A DNA stretch of 64,000 bases from Candidatus Latescibacterota bacterium (GTDB taxonomy: Bacteria; Latescibacterota; UBA2968; GCA-2709665): NCBI GenBank assembly GCA_965237675.1, contig OZ250150.1:64001-128000 (forward strand), read 5' to 3'. The position numbers were made by a program, and so were the translations under genes. This document shows, piece by piece, positions 46,322 to 56,175 of the stretch; positions within the stretch are counted from its first letter, which is position 1, and every line of letters starts with the position of its first letter. The notes beneath the pieces are model-generated. The model searched no databases, was not told the origin of the DNA, and was given only the letters and a program-made list of their open reading frames with translations.

Positions 46322-48499
46322 ATGCGGCGGAATAAATGCGATTCCGAGATTTTTTGGGTGCTGCCGTGCGGCCTATGGCGCCGTGCGGCGGCCGTGTCGA
46401 CGGTGATCGGTGCCGCGCTCGCGATGTGCCTGTTCGGCAGCGCGGGCGTGGCCCACGCCCAGTCGTCCCAAGTTCTGGTGAGCAATATCGGGCAGGGCTT
46501 TGCAACATCTGGTGGCACTGAGTTCGGTGTGGCGCAGGCATTTCGCACGGGTGCCAACACCGACGGCTACACCCTGACCAGCATCGAGCTTCGGCTGTCC
46601 CTTTCCATGAACCCCACGGTGACCCTTCGACGCGGCTCCGTAGCGGGAAGTGAGGTGGCCTCTTTCACGGCCCCGTTAACACCAACCGGAATAAGCTTCG
46701 CCAACATCACGTTCACACCGACGACAACCGTCACGCTCGACAGGAACACCGACTACTGGGTGGTGGCCGCTGGTGGAAGCTCTCGGTGGACCTGGAGCGT
46801 GACCGGCCCCGACGAGGACGCCACCGCCGCCCCTGGCTGGAGCATCGCCGACCGGGGTCAATCCTACAATCCGAATTCAGGCTCCTGGGAGGACAACGGC
46901 GGCGATTTGGCTTGGCAGATCAGCGTCAAGGGCACGATCAACCCGCCTCCGCCACCTCCTCCCCCGCCACCACCACCTCCACCACCTCCACCTCCACCAC
47001 CGCCCTCCGTGCCTGATGCGCCGACGGTGACGGAGATGTCGACGACCAGCTTGACGGTCAGTTGGACAGCACCAACAACCAACGGGACGCCCATCACGGG
47101 CTACGATCTCCGCTATCGCCAGGACAGTACCGGCGAGTTCATGGAGGGCCCGCAGGACGTGACGGGTACCAGCGCGACCATTGAGGGCCTGATCCCCGAC
47201 ACAGAATACGAGGTGCAGGTGCGGTCCAGCGGGTCTTCGGGCGACAGCGAGTGGGTGGCGCTGAGCACCGTGCGGACGAATGCACCGCCGCCGCCTCCGG
47301 TTGCGCCTGCGGTGAAGGAGACGTCGTCGAGCAGCTTGACGGTCAGTTGGACGGCACCGACGACCGAAGGGGATCCCATTACAGGTTACGACCTGCGCTA
47401 CCGTGTGGGTAGCGATGGGGATTGGACGGACGGCCCACAGGATGTGACGAACACGAACGCGGCCATAGAGGGACTGGACCCTGACACGGAATACGAGGTG
47501 CAGGTGCGCACAAAAAGCGCGGCGGGCGACGGCGAGTGGACGGCGCTGGGGATGGTGAGGACGGAGATCCTGGTTCTGTATGACCTTTTCTCGCTTTCGC
47601 TGGATCTGGACTCTTCGGACAGGGATCAATACGTCTCGATGCTGAATGTCTCCCCCGGTGGCGTTGTACCCATACAGGTATTCGGCAGGGATATCCGGGG
47701 TACGCGCAGTCTCGATCTTCGGGTGGGCTATGATGCGACGCAGGTTGTGTTTGCGGGGTTCGACGTCGGCGATGCGTTGCCGAGTGTTACTGCATTGGTG
47801 AAGCAGGATTCGACCATTGTGGAGATGGGTATCGCGTCTTTGGGGAGTCGGGCGATGGTGGACAGCGGGCTGGTGGGAACTGTCCGGTTCAGGACGACGG
47901 ATGCGTTTTCGGAGACAGAGATCCGTGTGGAGGGGGTGGATCTTATCCGGGGCGATCATCCAGAGGCGATGACGCGTTCGGTGAGCATCCTTCTGCAGGC
48001 TGCTGCGCCGCCTTCAGCGGATTTCGACGGTAGCGGGAGGGTGGCCTTTGCGGACTTTGTGTTGTTTGCGAGCGTGTTCGGTAGCGGGGAGGGTGAGGGG
48101 AAATATGGGTCACGATACGACTTGAACAGCGACGGCGGGATCGGTTTTGACGATTTCGTGTTCTTTGTGACGAGCTTCGGCGATACGGTGAACCGTCCTC
48201 CCGTTTTCGCCCTACCTTTGCCCGTGAAGCTTTCCGTGGCCGAGAACACGCCGGAGGGACAGCCGATAGGGGATCCCGTCAATGCTACCGACCCCGACGG
48301 CGATACGCTCACGTACAGCTTGTGGGGTGCCGACGCAGAACAATTCGCCATTGACGCGAGCACCGGGCAGGTTCTCACAAAGGGGGCGTATAACTACGAG
48401 CAGAAACGCGGATATGCGGTCATCGTGCGCGGCAGTGACAGCAAGGGCGGACAGGTAAGCGTTGTTTTAAGGATCACGATCACCGAGGAATCCGAGTAA
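46322..48499 (+). CDS. Secreted modular protein: poly-Pro linker, 2x FN3, cohesin-like, dockerin/EF-hand-like, cadherin
   Basis: Signal ..VAHAQ; two SLTVSWTAP..ITGYDLRYR..YEVQVR; ADFDGSGRVAFADF..DLNSDGGIGFDDF; VAENTP..ATDPDGDTLTYSL; start uncertain. Confidence 0.82.
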   Translation: MRRNKCDSEIFWVLPCGLWRRAAAVSTVIGAALAMCLFGSAGVAHAQSSQVLVSNIGQGFATSGGTEFGVAQAFRTGANTDGYTLTSIELRLSLSMNPTVTLRRGSVAGSEVASFTAPLTPTGISFANITFTPTTTVTLDRNTDYWVVAAGGSSRWTWSVTGPDEDATAAPGWSIADRGQSYNPNSGSWEDNGGDLAWQISVKGTINPPPPPPPPPPPPPPPPPPPPPSVPDAPTVTEMSTTSLTVSWTAPTTNGTPITGYDLRYRQDSTGEFMEGPQDVTGTSATIEGLIPDTEYEVQVRSSGSSGDSEWVALSTVRTNAPPPPPVAPAVKETSSSSLTVSWTAPTTEGDPITGYDLRYRVGSDGDWTDGPQDVTNTNAAIEGLDPDTEYEVQVRTKSAAGDGEWTALGMVRTEILVLYDLFSLSLDLDSSDRDQYVSMLNVSPGGVVPIQVFGRDIRGTRSLDLRVGYDATQVVFAGFDVGDALPSVTALVKQDSTIVEMGIASLGSRAMVDSGLVGTVRFRTTDAFSETEIRVEGVDLIRGDHPEAMTRSVSILLQAAAPPSADFDGSGRVAFADFVLFASVFGSGEGEGKYGSRYDLNSDGGIGFDDFVFFVTSFGDTVNRPPVFALPLPVKLSVAENTPEGQPIGDPVNATDPDGDTLTYSLWGADAEQFAIDASTGQVLTKGAYNYEQKRGYAVIVRGSDSKGGQVSVVLRITITEESE
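46943..47005 (+). repeat. 21-codon polyproline tract
   Basis: Run of mixed CCN codons. Confidence 0.9.
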
Positions 48500-48920
48500 C
48501 TCTTGCAGTCGCAACATCGACAGACATTCGAATTCTCGTCCCGAAAGCTTTGCCTTTCAGTATCCGCAGAACAGAAGGACCTCGGCAAAGTGGCTCAAGC
48601 AACCCAGCTACAAACGTCCTTGTCAGGGAGATAGATTTATGGTCATGAAATCTATCGGTACGGTCAGCCAGTTCTCGGACTCCGTTCGGAAACAAGCTTA
48701 CGAGTGCAAATCACAAACTCATTGAACTCGTCGTCCAGGGCGTTGAATTTCAGGACGGAGACATCAAATCCGCCGCTTAATCCATCAGGATACGCTCGCC
48801 GCCATCCACAACATTTGACAATATCTCTTCGAATCTTGGATGCGCCGCTGGCCTTTAGCAAAACTGGACGCGTAGTTGGTCGCAAACTCGAAACTGGGTT
48901 GTTGATAAGCCAAGTTGGCA

Positions 48921-51900
48921 ATGGAAAACACACCTAATCTCATGCAACCAACCAACGACATCATTCTTCCATTGGATGCCTTCGTACGTTCCGTCGGCGT
49001 CCGGCGTGCCACACAGCATGCATTCTTTATTGGTGCCGGCGCGTCCGTGAGTTCAGGCGTTCCATCGGCTGAAGCATGCATCTGGGAATGGAAACGAGAG
49101 CTTTTTCTTACCAATAATCCCGGTCTCGAAAAACAGTTTTCAGAATTGTCCCTCCCGAGTGTCCAAGCAAGAATACAACAGTGGCTTGATCGGCAGGGAA
49201 TTTATCCCGAGCGAGGATCATCCGAAGAATACGGAATCTACATCGAACATTGTTTTCCGATTTCACATGACCGCCGCGCGTTTTTTCAGGAGAAGATACG
49301 TGATGCCCGTCCGTATATCGGGTATCAGCTATTGTGCCATCTTGCCGTAGCCGACCTGGTTCGTTCGATATGGTCTACAAACTTTGACGGTCTAGTCGCG
49401 CGTGCGGCAGCTCGATTTAGTCTCACACCGCTTGAGGTCGGAATCGATTCGCAGGACCGGCTACCACATCAGGTAAACAAAGGCGAACTGCTCTGTGTTT
49501 CCTTGCACGGTGACTACCGATACGACGAACTCAAGAACACGCCCGATGAGCTTCAGAGACAAGAGAAAGACCTGGGCAACGCCCTTATCGACGAAATACG
49601 CTCAAAGCCGGTGGTCGTTTGTGGTTATAGCGGACGTGACAACTCCATTATGGATTCTCTACAGACGGCGTTCAACGAGGCTGGCGGCGGCACGTTATAC
49701 TGGTGCGGGTACAGCGATGGCAATATTCCAGACCGAGTAGATACGCTCATACGCCATGCCCGTAAAAACGGGACAGAAGCCTATTACGTCCCCTCTTTGG
49801 GTTTTGACGACTTAATGACCCGCCTTGCGTTTCATTGCCTGGAAGGCGACCGCCGAGAAACCGCCCGAAAGGATATCGTCGACATCGCACCAGCCAGCCT
49901 GCTTGAACGGCAGCCATTTCAGATGTCTGAGTTCAATGTCAACACGATGATCAAGAGCAACGCTTTCGAGATCCACTGTCCAAGCGAGGTGCTTTCATTT
50001 GACCTCAACACATGGCCTAAGGAGCGAGTCTGGTTCTGGCTGCGTGAGAAGATCGGCGGACGGCCGGTAGTCGCGGTACCATTCAAGGGAAAAGTGCTTG
50101 CGCTTGGACTCGTAGATGACATCAGGGACGTCTTCGATGACAGAATCAAGGGAACGATCGATCGAACTCCAGTGAGCCCGGACGAACTGCGTTATGAGGA
50201 CGGCGCCGTCGTCGGGCTGATGCGTCAAGCGCTCGTGCGTTCCCTCGCACATGCCGCCGGCGTCTCCACGGATGGAAAGTCCGAGTTGTGGTTGAACGAC
50301 CCAGTAAAGAAACAGCGGCAAGGAGACCAACTATGTCTCGCGTACGATTCGGTTCTAGTATTCCTGCGACGGTTTGGCGACACCCAATATGCCGTTTTTA
50401 AGCCTTCGATCAGAGTGTTCGACGAGAACGGATCACAAGTTCCTCGAAACATCGCTGAACCTATAAGGCTGGGCATTCTCGGCTATCAGCACAACAAGCC
50501 GTTCAACGGCGCCGTGAACAAATGGCGAAACCTTCTCTTCTCCAATTCAAACGAGAAAATCGTTACTTTCGGATTCCCGTACGGATCTGACTCGAGCTTT
50601 AGATTCCGCATCAGGCGTTCACCTGTGTTCGCACAGATTGGAATGCCGCGCGGTGGAAGAATTCCATCTATTCCTCAAAGTCTCGTACCGCTCCTAAAAT
50701 ACAAAGGGATGGAGCTTTCCGAACCTGAACTAATGTTCTGCGACAGGTCGGGTACCGGCACGGCGACTGATGTACATCCGATTCGCGGCATTCTATCCAA
50801 TCGTCCTTACGATTATTCGCTAACTCTCAAAGGGCTCGCCCCTTCGCTCCGCATCGGTGTGATCTGCCCCCGATCCGAATCCACAGTTTTTGCGAGATAT
50901 CTGGAAAAAGTAAGGCAGCAGCATCGACCGGCTCAGTCCGAACGGGACTATCTGTTCGACTATCCGGGATTTCAGCAGGCTTACGCGCTGCCAATAGAAA
51001 CTCCAGAACCGGGAGATCCTGGATGGATTATCGTCAATGAGCCGTCCGGGGACTGCCAACAAGCCGAGGCCGTATCCGTTGCACGTCAAATCACAAGCAC
51101 TCTCGAAGCTCTGTTTTCTTCTCAATCGCCACACGTCGTCCTGATTTTTTTCCCTACACGATGGGAGCACCTGCGCGGATACCGCGACGACAACGAGCGT
51201 TTCGATGTTCATGATTTCGTGAAAGCCTACGCTGTTCAACGTGGGATTCCTACGCAATTCCTGACTCAGGAGACACTTTCGGATAGCCAGCAGTGCCGGG
51301 TCTGGTGGTGGCTGTCGCTCGCCCTATACGTTAAGGGAATGCGCACTCCCTGGATATTGGACGGGCTCGACGACGAAACTGCTTTTGTTGGGCTCGGATT
51401 TAGCCTTGATCACAGCGCCGAAAAGGGGGCGCAGGTTGTCCTCGGTTGCAGCCACATCTACAGTTCGCGGGGTGAAGGACTGCAATACCGCCTTAGCAAG
51501 ATTGAGAATCCGCTCATTCGTGGCAGGAATCCCTTTATGTCGAGGGACGATGCACGCAGAACCGGTGAAACCATCCGCCAACTTTTCTTTGAGGCAAGGT
51601 CAAGGCTGCCTAGTCGGGTAGTTCTTCACAAACGGACACCGTTTTTAAGGCAGGAACGCGAGGGCTTGGTTGATGGACTCGGTGAGGTAGGTACAATTGA
51701 CATGATAGAAATACAAGTGGATCACGCGCTTAGGTATGTCGCTTCGAAGACACTTCCGAACGGCGGGATGGATGAAGATAACTATCCGGTGCGGCGTGGA
51801 ACCGTAATGAAACAGGACGACTTCTCGTCTTTGCTTTGGGTACACGGTGCAACTGCCGCCGTCAATCCCAGACTCAGATATTACCAGGGCAAGAGACGAA

Positions 51901-52115
51901 TCCCTGCACCGCTCGGTCTTCGCCGGCACGTGGGCAGTACGTCGCTCGATCAACTCAGCACCGAGATTCTTGGCCTATCAAAAATGGACTGGAATTCCTT
52001 TGACCTGTACAGCAAAATGCCGGCTACGCTTCAGTCGTCAGGTGAAATTGCCCGCATCGGTTCACTGCTAGAGCGATTTGGCGCGTCCTCTTACGACTAT
52101 CGGCTGTTTATTTAG
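48921..52115 (+). CDS. Single-chain SIR2-APAZ-short prokaryotic Argonaute (SPARSA-type fusion)
   Basis: SIR2: FIGAGASVSSG, STNFD, LHGD, CGYSGRD; MID: HDFVKA..GIPTQF, LYVK; PIWI: AFVGLGFS, VVLHKRT, ILGLSKMDWNS..PATL (catalytic Asp residues absent). Confidence 0.92.
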   Translation: MENTPNLMQPTNDIILPLDAFVRSVGVRRATQHAFFIGAGASVSSGVPSAEACIWEWKRELFLTNNPGLEKQFSELSLPSVQARIQQWLDRQGIYPERGSSEEYGIYIEHCFPISHDRRAFFQEKIRDARPYIGYQLLCHLAVADLVRSIWSTNFDGLVARAAARFSLTPLEVGIDSQDRLPHQVNKGELLCVSLHGDYRYDELKNTPDELQRQEKDLGNALIDEIRSKPVVVCGYSGRDNSIMDSLQTAFNEAGGGTLYWCGYSDGNIPDRVDTLIRHARKNGTEAYYVPSLGFDDLMTRLAFHCLEGDRRETARKDIVDIAPASLLERQPFQMSEFNVNTMIKSNAFEIHCPSEVLSFDLNTWPKERVWFWLREKIGGRPVVAVPFKGKVLALGLVDDIRDVFDDRIKGTIDRTPVSPDELRYEDGAVVGLMRQALVRSLAHAAGVSTDGKSELWLNDPVKKQRQGDQLCLAYDSVLVFLRRFGDTQYAVFKPSIRVFDENGSQVPRNIAEPIRLGILGYQHNKPFNGAVNKWRNLLFSNSNEKIVTFGFPYGSDSSFRFRIRRSPVFAQIGMPRGGRIPSIPQSLVPLLKYKGMELSEPELMFCDRSGTGTATDVHPIRGILSNRPYDYSLTLKGLAPSLRIGVICPRSESTVFARYLEKVRQQHRPAQSERDYLFDYPGFQQAYALPIETPEPGDPGWIIVNEPSGDCQQAEAVSVARQITSTLEALFSSQSPHVVLIFFPTRWEHLRGYRDDNERFDVHDFVKAYAVQRGIPTQFLTQETLSDSQQCRVWWWLSLALYVKGMRTPWILDGLDDETAFVGLGFSLDHSAEKGAQVVLGCSHIYSSRGEGLQYRLSKIENPLIRGRNPFMSRDDARRTGETIRQLFFEARSRLPSRVVLHKRTPFLRQEREGLVDGLGEVGTIDMIEIQVDHALRYVASKTLPNGGMDEDNYPVRRGTVMKQDDFSSLLWVHGATAAVNPRLRYYQGKRRIPAPLGLRRHVGSTSLDQLSTEILGLSKMDWNSFDLYSKMPATLQSSGEIARIGSLLERFGASSYDYRLFI

Positions 52116-52175
52116 GCCACGGTTAAGGTACCAACGTAAGTGTCAGCGATTCAATTGCAATTCATCGGAGGCATA

Positions 52176-52529
52176 ATGAAGCTCACTAAGGTACGCGTTA
52201 CAGAATTCCAAAGCATCCAGGATTCGACCGAGTTCGACATCGATGATGTCACCTGTCTGGTCGGAAAGAATGAAGCAGGTAAAACCGCGCTTTTGAAGGC
52301 TCTCTACCGGCTAAAACCCATAATTGAAGGAGACGGTCGCATTGATGTGACCGATGACTATCCGAGTCGATCGGTTGTCGACTATGAGTCGGACGTAGCA
52401 ACTGAACGCCGAGAGCCTGCAACAGTAGTTCAGGCCACGCCCTTCCGCCTCGCAGGAGCGTCGCTTGTGGGCGCCCGGCCTCCGGCGGCGGGGCTCCACC
52501 GTAGCAATTCGCGGCATGTCGGCATCTGA
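52176..52529 (+). pseudogene. Truncated, diverged 5' copy of the downstream ATPase gene
   Basis: First 88 codons align with the 52599 gene (about 65/88 identical by eye, LVGKNEAGKT); homology stops after VVQAT near 52439. Confidence 0.88.
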
Positions 52530-52598
52530 TTTTTTGCGAATCAAATTCAGTTCCAAAGTAAGTGTGAGCGATTCAATTTGCAATTCATCGGAGGCACA

Positions 52599-54563
52599 GT
52601 GAAACTCTCAAAGATACACATTACTGAATTCCAGAGCATTCTGGATTCTAACGAGTTCGAAGTCGATGTTGTCACATGTCTGGTCGGTAAGAATGAAGCA
52701 GGCAAGACCGCATTATTGAAGGCGTTGTACCGTTTGAATCCCATCGTCGAGGAGGACGGCGAATTTGATGTAGCGCTCGACTATCCACGGCGATCCGTAA
52801 GCGACTACGAGGACGACGTTGAAGCGGAACGCCGAGAGCATGCGCAGGTTGTTCAAGCCACGTTTGTGTTGGAGCCCGACGACGTCACGGCCGTCGAGGA
52901 AGTCTTTGGACCTGGATGTCTAAGAGACGAAATACCAACCTTGATACTCCGCAAAGGATTCTCAAACGAGGTCCAATTCAGCGGCCTGAATGTGGACCGT
53001 GAGGCAGCCATCGAGCACCTTGTCGAGACGGCTGGCCTTCCTCAACCGCTTATCGAACGGTTACTGGATTTGAAGAACGTCGACGCGATGTTGGAGGTTC
53101 TTGCTACTGCCGAGCAGACCGAGTCTGTGATGGAGCTAACGCCCAAGCTTACGGAAATTTCCGAGCAAGGCGTTTCTGACGTCGCCTACAACAGTATTCT
53201 CTATGACCGTATTCCGAGATTTCTTTACTTCGACGAGTATTACCAGATGAAGGGTCAAGACAATGTCGACCTGCTCAAGCAGCGCGCTGCTAGCGGTACC
53301 CTTGAGAATTCCGACTATCCGCTCCTGGGCTTAATAGAGCTTGCAGGTCTCAATCTCGACCAACTCACTGATCCGCATAGGACGGAAACCCTAATCTCAA
53401 GGCTTGAAGCTGCTGAGAACCGGCTCACCGACAAAGTGCTTACCTATTGGTCTCAGAACCGACATCTTAGGATGAAGTTTGACATCCGTCCAGCGCAACC
53501 CGAGGACCCGGAAAATATGACCACGGGGATGAATATCTGGGGACGGGTGCAAGACACCAAACATATGGTGAGCACGGCGCTTAGTACACGTTCCCGTGGC
53601 TTTGTCTGGTTTTTCTCTTTTCTCGCTTGGTATTCGCAGCTACGGAAGAAAGGGGAGAACATCATTCTGCTGTTAGACGAACCAGGCCTCTCTCTTCATG
53701 CAAAAGCTCAGGCAGACCTCCTTCGCTATTTCGAAGAGGATCTCAAACCCCATCACCAACTCATCTACACAACCCATTCACCGTTCATGGTTGATTCCGC
53801 ACATTTTGATCGCGTGCGCATTGTCCAGGACCTGAGCATTGAGTCAAATTTCGATGACCTGCACGATGAGGTCCAAGAAGGAACCAAGGTGATCACCGAG
53901 GTCCTCGACGCAACACCGGATAGTCTGTTTCCTCTTCAGGGTGCCCTTGGTTACGAGATTTATCAGACGCTTTTCATTGGCCCAAACTGCCTGGTTGTCG
54001 AGGGGGTCTCCGACCTTCTATACATTCAGACCATTTCGGCCGTTCTTCAGGGGATTGGTAAGGAAAGCCTGAGTAATGATTGGACTATAACCCCTGTTGG
54101 CGGTTCTGACAAGGTACCAACCTTTGTTGCTCTGATTGGTGCGCAGACCAATTTGAACCTCGCGGTACTTATTGATTACCAGAAGAAAGATAGCCAGAGG
54201 ATCGAAGATCTGTTCAAGAGAAAGCTACTGAAAAAGCAGAATGTCTTCACCTATGCAGACTATGTCCAAGGTTGCGAAGCCGACATCGAGGATATGTTTG
54301 AACCTGAGTTCTATCTGAAGCTGGTGAACCGAACCTATTGCTTATCCGTTTTATTGACGGATCTACCGGGAAATCATCCACGAATCACCCATCAATTAGA
54401 AGAATATCTGCAAGGCAGGCCACTTCCAAACAATGAGAAGTTCAACCACTATCGACCCGCTCGCCACTTTAGCGAAAATATCGGTTGTTTTGAGAGTGAA
54501 TTGAGCGAATCGGTGCTTGGTCGATTCGAGAAAGCCTTCAATAGACTGAACAAACTGTTGTAG
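52599..54563 (+). CDS. ABC-type ATPase + TOPRIM-like protein (OLD-like ATP-dependent nuclease)
   Basis: GKNEAGKT, RSRGF, LLLDEPG, YTTHSPF, LVVEGVSD, DIED. Confidence 0.85.
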   Translation: MKLSKIHITEFQSILDSNEFEVDVVTCLVGKNEAGKTALLKALYRLNPIVEEDGEFDVALDYPRRSVSDYEDDVEAERREHAQVVQATFVLEPDDVTAVEEVFGPGCLRDEIPTLILRKGFSNEVQFSGLNVDREAAIEHLVETAGLPQPLIERLLDLKNVDAMLEVLATAEQTESVMELTPKLTEISEQGVSDVAYNSILYDRIPRFLYFDEYYQMKGQDNVDLLKQRAASGTLENSDYPLLGLIELAGLNLDQLTDPHRTETLISRLEAAENRLTDKVLTYWSQNRHLRMKFDIRPAQPEDPENMTTGMNIWGRVQDTKHMVSTALSTRSRGFVWFFSFLAWYSQLRKKGENIILLLDEPGLSLHAKAQADLLRYFEEDLKPHHQLIYTTHSPFMVDSAHFDRVRIVQDLSIESNFDDLHDEVQEGTKVITEVLDATPDSLFPLQGALGYEIYQTLFIGPNCLVVEGVSDLLYIQTISAVLQGIGKESLSNDWTITPVGGSDKVPTFVALIGAQTNLNLAVLIDYQKKDSQRIEDLFKRKLLKKQNVFTYADYVQGCEADIEDMFEPEFYLKLVNRTYCLSVLLTDLPGNHPRITHQLEEYLQGRPLPNNEKFNHYRPARHFSENIGCFESELSESVLGRFEKAFNRLNKLL

Positions 54564-55018
54564 AACCCGGTGACTGAATTTGCGGAGGTTTCTCCTCGGA
54601 TCCGTGCGTCCTATACTTGACGGTTGTTGGCAATGTTTATAGAGCTCCAAACTTGGATGGCGTTCCAAGAGAACATGCCTCGCTCGTCGCAATTCGCCAC
54701 TCATCCACCTACCACCCGTGCGACGCTGCATTTATCCCAACAGGAAGAACATAAGTTGTTGCTGTCCGCATTCCTATAATTCACTAGTACAAGATTCCCA
54801 GTCAAGATTCGCGAGGACTCGCTTTCGTATAGAACAGAGCCTTTGATGCGGTTATTCGTGTCGCCCTTTCAGAAAAAGTAATCATGAAAAAACCGATGTT
54901 CAACTGTGCGGCAACCACGGCAATTATTCGTCATGGCGCCGCTTTCGATATTGGGCAGTCAGCGAGCATAATCCAGGACTCTATTTCCCGTAAAGGCAGC
55001 TGAAAAAGGGAGGCCGTC

Positions 55019-55577
55019 ATGTACGCCCTATACGACAAAGTCTCGAAGAGGGGTTCATATCACTACGGTTTTCGCGAAAAAATATCGCTATTTGGGTGCA
55101 TTGTGGGCAAAATACCACGGTTACTCAGACGACGACTATCAGATGACTCAACAGAACCGTTACCCTGGCACGTGGATGTTGAACGCGGACTGCAGGAACG
55201 CGGAGTGGATAATCAGACATTTGTTTTTGACCTAAAGCCGAACAGCAAAAGACCGAATATCTCTCTATTATGAAGTAGTAGACGTGTGGGGTTACTCCGA
55301 CTCGGGATGGACACCCATTCTCCTGCATCTTCGAGGCCTGTTGATTGGCGAAGACCCGAGGAATTTTGACAGAGGACATTTCGTTCGCGAACGGAAGCAG
55401 CTTGATGATCCTATTTTTTCGATGATGCACCTTAGAGGAACGGTAAAGTATGGCCAACTTGAGGGTCCTTGGACCCCTCCGGGGCCAAGTCCGACGAATT
55501 CTGTGATACATTGGCCAGACGCTTATGAATTTTTCCAACAGCAAGCTCACCAGTTGATAAAGAAGCTGACGACTTGA
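55019..55577 (+). pseudogene. Hypothetical protein, probably one gene with a frameshift near 55268
   Basis: GGGAGG RBS; removing one T at cta-t-tatgaa joins ..KRPNISL to YEVVDVWGYSDSGWTP.. Confidence 0.55.
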
Positions 55578-55715
55578 GTTCTGGATCTAAGGCAATTCGT
55601 GAGGCCTATTCGCGATCTGATCGTGGTCGCCCCGTCCCTATTGATTGTCACGTCGCAGACATTCGACAAATAGACGCTCTCCTAACCAGCAATTGGCCGC
55701 TAATGAAACCGACAA

Positions 55716-55985
55716 ATGGACGCTAACCGTTCCCTGTTTCCCCGCTCGCTGGAACCCGTAATCCGGGAGGCTTTGGTCGACACGCCGGTGGTCTGTCTGC
55801 TCGGACCGCGGCAAAGCGGGAAAACGACGCTCGTGCAGCAGCTCGCGCCCGATCGTGCGTTCGTCAGCTTGGACGAGCATAGCTACTATCAGACCGCCCA
55901 GGCCGATCCGGCCGGTTTCGTCGCCAGCCTGCCGGTGGCAGTGACCCTGGAGCAGTTCGGTCTGGGAAATGTGCGTAGTCTATAG
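55716..55985 (+). pseudogene. Truncated AAA_14/DUF4143-type ATPase
   Basis: ALVDTPVVCLLGPRQSGKTTL...ADPAGFV, ends just before Walker B. Confidence 0.8.
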
Positions 55986-56175
55986 GACAATCCGCTTTCC
56001 GGTCCGAACCGAGTATCCAGTTTCGTCTCTTTTGCGCTCGGCGAGGTAGTTCAAGTGGAAATTACAAATCGCAAGAGTTAAACTACGTACGTTACCTACG
56101 CCTGCCTACGACTAACGCAGCCAAGGACGAATTCCAATGGCGCGTGTGCCAGTACAACAACTGAAAAAAGGAAGT

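Noticed and set aside
48921-52115. Catalytically active long pAgo
   Set aside because: PIWI tetrad positions read GLG and HKR; the length is explained by the SIR2-APAZ fusion
52599-54563. Gabija, PARIS or retron assignment for the ATPase-TOPRIM gene
   Set aside because: No adjacent UvrD helicase, AriB-like gene or reverse transcriptase
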